Of a DNA stretch of 64,000 nucleotides, positions 60,293-64,000 are shown in pieces. Every line of letters starts with the position of its first letter. Position 1 is the first letter of the stretch. Under the pieces are notes generated by a model, which was not told where the DNA came from, made no database searches, and worked only from the letters and a program-made list of their open reading frames with translations. Source of the stretch: Bacteroidia bacterium (lineage in GTDB: Bacteria; Bacteroidota; Bacteroidia; NS11-12g; UBA9320). The stretch is taken from NCBI GenBank assembly GCA_965216465.1, contig CBDCFW010000003.1:160001-224000 (forward strand). The letters run 5' to 3'. Position numbers and translations under genes: made by a program.

Positions 60293-61180
60293 TTATATGG
60301 TTAAACCTTCATAATCAAACGTTTTCTTAGGGTTAATGCACATCACAGGTGTTTTTTGTGCGTGCTTAACAATTTGTTGGGCATATGAACCAACGAATAA
60401 GTCAGCTAATCGTGCCTCTTCTTGTGTCATAATCATGATTAAGTCAGCATTAACTTCTTCTGCATATTTAACAGTATCCATTCCTAAGTTGTCTGGATAA
60501 AGTTTGTCATCTAATAACTTAGTTGTGAATTTAACATTGTTAGCTTTCAACACACGTTCTACGTATTTCAAATTTGCATCGATTTTATTCTTAATGAACT
60601 CATCTTTCTTTACCTCCATAATTGCATGTACAGTAGAGTTGTATTTACGTGCAAAACGAATTGCCCACACTAATTTTTGTTTAGACCCCTTGGTCAGGTC
60701 AATTGGTAGAACAATGTTATCGAAAGTGTGATCTGGCTCGTGCTCCTTAACCGCAATTACAGGCACTGTAGAAGAGCTGATTACACGTGTTGTGGTACTT
60801 CCAACAAATTGCTCAACGCCATTGGCTCCGTTGGTTCCCATCACGATTTGGTCGCAATCGGTTTCACTAGCCATTTTGTTAATCATTTTGTACGGTCTTC
60901 CTTCTTTAACTTCGATATTAACGACGGCATCTGCCCACTTATCAGTGATGCGTTGTCTGTACTTCTCCATTCTTGAGCGAATTCCATCTTTCAGAATTTC
61001 TTTTTCAGAGTCGCCAATAAAAAGAGATTTCATGCCGCTTGATATTACATTTAAGAGGGTTATTTCGTTGTCGAATAGCTTGGCCATTTCAACAGCGTAA
61101 TCAATAGCATTTTCAGAAGATTGTGAAAAGTCTACTGGCACCAAAATAATGTGATGCTTAGGTGTTTGTATATCTGTCAT
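60293..61180 (-). CDS. Universal stress protein with tandem Usp domains
   Basis: ILVPVDFS--S--A, IVMGT-G--G---FVGS-T and a second Usp domain. TATCTTTG promoter at 61202-61209. Confidence 0.9.
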   Translation of the reverse strand: MTDIQTPKHHIILVPVDFSQSSENAIDYAVEMAKLFDNEITLLNVISSGMKSLFIGDSEKEILKDGIRSRMEKYRQRITDKWADAVVNIEVKEGRPYKMINKMASETDCDQIVMGTNGANGVEQFVGSTTTRVISSSTVPVIAVKEHEPDHTFDNIVLPIDLTKGSKQKLVWAIRFARKYNSTVHAIMEVKKDEFIKNKIDANLKYVERVLKANNVKFTTKLLDDKLYPDNLGMDTVKYAEEVNADLIMIMTQEEARLADLFVGSYAQQIVKHAQKTPVMCINPKKTFDYEGLTI

Positions 61181-61341
61181 AAATTTTGTTCAAATTTGCC
61201 GCAAAGATAATAACCTTTTAAACTTGTTAGTGTTAACTGCAGGTGAAGTTACACTAAATAAGACAGTGTGCTGACTAAGTTAACAGGGCGTTAACTTTGA
61301 ACGTCAAAGGTAGAAGTCTTTTTCAACCGAAACTGAGATAG

Positions 61342-62445
61342 ATGATTGAAATACAAGAAGTAATAGGAAAAAAGCAGGTGAAGCAATTCAATCAGTTTCC
61401 ACGTGATCTACACCGTAACGACCCTGAGTTTATTTCACATTTAGACGTTGATGTCGAGTCAATTTTTGACCGTGCTAAAAACATCAATTTTGAAGGTGAG
61501 TTTGGAGATGCAAAAAGGTGGTTAGCGTTTCAGCATGGCAAACTTGTCGGTAAAGTGGCGGCCTTTTATAATTCGCGACAAAGCGGAGTCGGTTTTTTCG
61601 ATTCGATTAACAGCCAAGAAGTAGCCGATGCTTTGTTTGATGTAGCCATAAACTGGTTAAAAGTCAATGGACAAAAGTCAGTCGAAGCTCCAGTAAACTT
61701 TGCTGAGCGCGATAAGTATTGGGGGTTGCTCGTAGAAGGGTTTAAAAATCCATCTTATCAAGAGCCCTATAATTTTCCATACTACCAAGAATTGTTTGAG
61801 AACTATGGCTTTCAAAAACACTACGAACAAACTACCAGTGAAGTAGACCCTACACAAGTAAATACAGATAGGCTAAATCGTTTTGTACAAAGGGCGCAGG
61901 CAAATACACAACTCAAAGCAGTCCACTTTGATCTCAAAAACAGCCAAAAGTTTGTTCATGCCTTTACCACAATTTATAATGAAGCATGGAAAAATTTGGA
62001 TTTTTATAGGCCTTTAAAAGAGGAACGTGTTGCCAAATTATTTAAGACCATGCGGCCCATTTTAAGGGAGGATATTATGTGGTTTATGTTTGACGGAGAT
62101 CGCCCAGTTGCCTTCTACATTAGCATCATCGATGTGAACCAAATTTTTAAGCACTTGAATGGAAAGATGAACTGGTTAGGAAAGCTTAAGTTTTTATGGT
62201 ACAAGAACCGGGTGAAAATGGAACGAGTACGTGGAATAATTTTTGGCGTTGTGCCTGATTATCAGGAGAAAGGGGCTTATGTTCAAATGATTTTGAAGAT
62301 GCAAGAAGTCATTCTCAACGACCCTGAATTGAAGCGAACAGAACTAAGTTGGATAGGGAGTTACAATCCTAAAATGCATGCCTTGTTTTCGAGCATGAAT
62401 GCAGTCAGAACGAAGCTTCATTTTACCTACGAAAAAGTTTTTTAA
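61342..62445 (+). CDS. YghO-like GNAT-fold protein
   Basis: GFFD-I---EVA-ALF, GLLVEGF, YN-PYY--LFE-YGF-K, GVVPDYQ, ELSWI---N. Confidence 0.7.
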   Translation: MIEIQEVIGKKQVKQFNQFPRDLHRNDPEFISHLDVDVESIFDRAKNINFEGEFGDAKRWLAFQHGKLVGKVAAFYNSRQSGVGFFDSINSQEVADALFDVAINWLKVNGQKSVEAPVNFAERDKYWGLLVEGFKNPSYQEPYNFPYYQELFENYGFQKHYEQTTSEVDPTQVNTDRLNRFVQRAQANTQLKAVHFDLKNSQKFVHAFTTIYNEAWKNLDFYRPLKEERVAKLFKTMRPILREDIMWFMFDGDRPVAFYISIIDVNQIFKHLNGKMNWLGKLKFLWYKNRVKMERVRGIIFGVVPDYQEKGAYVQMILKMQEVILNDPELKRTELSWIGSYNPKMHALFSSMNAVRTKLHFTYEKVF

Positions 62446-62450
62446 AATTG

Positions 62451-62481
62451 TTTGTGTTAAATAGAATTAATTTTACATTTG
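62451..62481 (+). promoter_or_regulatory. tRNA-Lys promoter
   Basis: TTTG-N19-TACATTTG, matching the Bacteroidota consensus. Confidence 0.75.
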
Positions 62482-62502
62482 CAGCCGCTTAGGCGATGAG
62501 AT

Positions 62503-62575
62503 GATTCCGTAGCTCAGTTGGTAGAGCATTACACTTTTAATGTAGTGGTCCTGGGTTCGAGTCCCAGCGGGATCA
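62503..62575 (+). tRNA. tRNA-Lys(TTT), CCA not encoded
   Basis: GATTCCG/CGGGATC acceptor, AGCTCAGTTGGTAGAGC D arm, CTTTTAA anticodon loop, GTTCGAGTC T loop. Confidence 0.95.
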
Positions 62576-62578
62576 CAG

Positions 62579-62611
62579 AAAAGCCTTCCCTTGATTGGGA
62601 GGGCTTTTTTT
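62579..62611 (+). terminator. tRNA-Lys terminator
   Basis: AAAAGCCTTCCC-TTGATT-GGGAGGGCTTTT plus T run. Confidence 0.88.
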
Positions 62612-62704
62612 GTGGTGTAAAATTGAAGATTTGAACCATAATAAGAGATGAATATTGGGCTCTGATTTAAAATCCATATTTTGCACAACCTTATTCACGA
62701 CTAT

Positions 62705-63367
62705 ATGAAAATTAGTAAACTCCTATTTGTTATCTCGTTGTTTTGTGCAGGATGTACACCAAACTTTGACACTATGATTGCTGAGTACAGTCGCACCGAA
62801 ACGGAGAATGAGGTTAATGACTTGATTATAAATACAGGGGGATATCGCTCAGATTCACTTTATGAAATTGAATGTAAAATACTAGATTCCGTAGGCAAAC
62901 TTTCCACTTGCTCCTTGGATGATGCAATCTCACTGCATTTGTCAAATTGCGTTAGTAAAAGACCGTGCAAAAATCATCCAATTTTTGAAGTAAAGGATAC
63001 ATCGTTAGTAGTTCTTCCAATTTACGGCGATGGACTTTGGGACTACATATGGGGACTTATAATTGTGAATACCAATGACCTTACCGTTTTAAACGCCCAA
63101 TTCGACCATGTTGCAGAAACCCCAGGCATGGGTGCCCAAATAAGAGATTCCAGTTTTAGAACCCAGTTCTCTCAAAAAGCTTTTAAATTCGATTATTCAT
63201 TTGCACTTAGAAATGATAGTCTGAACCAAGTAGATTTGAACGAAATAGATGGAATATCTGGATCAACTGTTACATCAAATGGAGTTGTAGCTATGTTTAA
63301 TTCAGGATACAATATCTTTAAGAACTACCTGAAAGTCACCAAAAATAAAAATCAACTTAATAATTAA
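62705..63367 (+). CDS. NqrC-like FMN-binding lipoprotein (start ATG 62705)
   Basis: Lipobox CAGC, LP-YG-GLW--IWG, FDH--ETPG-GA-I, IDGISGSTVTS-GV--M. Confidence 0.8.
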   Translation: MKISKLLFVISLFCAGCTPNFDTMIAEYSRTETENEVNDLIINTGGYRSDSLYEIECKILDSVGKLSTCSLDDAISLHLSNCVSKRPCKNHPIFEVKDTSLVVLPIYGDGLWDYIWGLIIVNTNDLTVLNAQFDHVAETPGMGAQIRDSSFRTQFSQKAFKFDYSFALRNDSLNQVDLNEIDGISGSTVTSNGVVAMFNSGYNIFKNYLKVTKNKNQLNN

Positions 63368-63368
63368 A

Positions 63369-63578
63369 ATGTTAGCCCTAGTATTATTCATAGTTAGAAT
63401 CGCAATTGTTGTGTACTGCATTAACAAAGCTAAAGAACTCAATAGAAATCCAGTTGGTTGGGCCTTATTTGCGTTCTTCATTCCGATAATTGCCTTAATA
63501 TGGATTCAATTCACTAAACCTATTATTGAATATCAGCCGTCAGAGATTGATGATATCGGTGTTGATCAAGATGAGTAA
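63369..63578 (+). CDS. Small two-TM membrane protein
   Basis: YC-NKAKELNR---GWALF-F--P pattern with an acidic tail. Confidence 0.65.
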   Translation: MLALVLFIVRIAIVVYCINKAKELNRNPVGWALFAFFIPIIALIWIQFTKPIIEYQPSEIDDIGVDQDE

Positions 63579-63678
63579 ACGCTAAGAAGCAGTTATTACT
63601 TGTATAGAATTTAAACATGCGGAGAAAGAAAATATTAGACAATTGAGCAACCTCAATCTAAAATGTCACGTCTAAGTC

Positions 63679-64000
63679 ATGATGATTAGACTAAGATTAC
63701 TTTCTGCCTTACTGTTTTTAATTGCTTCTTCGTCCTTTCAAGTTTTAGCCCAATGCAATCCTGTTGTTGTTAACAATTCTGGAGAAGAGGTTGACGAAGC
63801 AACGTTCTGTCAACGTGAACCCATTCAATTTTTGGCCAAGTCTCCAGGATATACCACAACTATAAGGTGGGACTATGCCAATGGCGATCAAAACACCACA
63901 CAAAAAGACAATTATTATTCTTATTCTGTGCCAGGTACTTACACTGTAATTTTTACAGGAACAGGTCCTGCAGGTACTTGTGTAGATGAAATTGACATTA
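63679..64000 (+). CDS. Secreted PKD-domain protein, runs off the window end
   Basis: Translated by hand: MMIRLRLLSALLFLIASSSFQVLAQC...WDYANG...YSYSVPGTYTV. Open to position 64000. Confidence 0.75.
   Translation, partial: MMIRLRLLSALLFLIASSSFQVLAQCNPVVVNNSGEEVDEATFCQREPIQFLAKSPGYTTTIRWDYANGDQNTTQKDNYYSYSVPGTYTVIFTGTGPAGTCVDEIDI

Noticed and set aside
430-62688. Many 60-130 aa antisense or out-of-frame ORFs in the track (for example 430-711, 21347-21685, 41493-41714, 62473-62688)
   Set aside because: They lie within or across well-supported genes or tRNA-Lys and carry no recognisable motifs, so I treat them as shadow ORFs.
1-64000. CRISPR array, IS/transposase, integrase, prophage, reverse transcriptase or known defence genes
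   Set aside because: I saw no regularly spaced repeats and no ORF with such motifs. The largest gap between confident genes is only ~610 bp.

Overview
A gene-dense, AT-rich stretch of a Bacteroidota chromosome. The assignment rests on TAnnTTTG -7 promoters, T9SS type A and type B sorting domains, signal peptides followed by Gln, and the lack of obvious Shine-Dalgarno motifs. Content is mostly core and envelope genes: valS, rplS, rplU-rpmA, mutS2, smpB, purC, def, ruvX, folE, tRNA-Leu(GAG), tRNA-Lys(TTT), two TonB-dependent receptors, secreted T9SS cargo, peptidases, a PafA-type phosphatase and an apparently intrinsic class D beta-lactamase. I saw no integrase, transposase, prophage, CRISPR array or recognisable defence system. 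Best leads: (1) a 1,025-aa M1 aminopeptidase fused to a C-terminal domain with Omp85/BamA-type barrel motifs (LRGY, FGDAG, terminal Phe), directly upstream of a LolD-like ATPase; (2) an ~85-nt standalone sRNA candidate downstream of rpmA with its own promoter, 5' hairpin and terminator; (3) a PTPS-II-type (C-X5-HGH) synthase overlapping folE; (4) an orphan lipoprotein NqrC-like FMN-binding protein; (5) tandem TonB-C-only proteins. All product calls come from motif recognition by eye. No database search was run, so novelty is unconfirmed.
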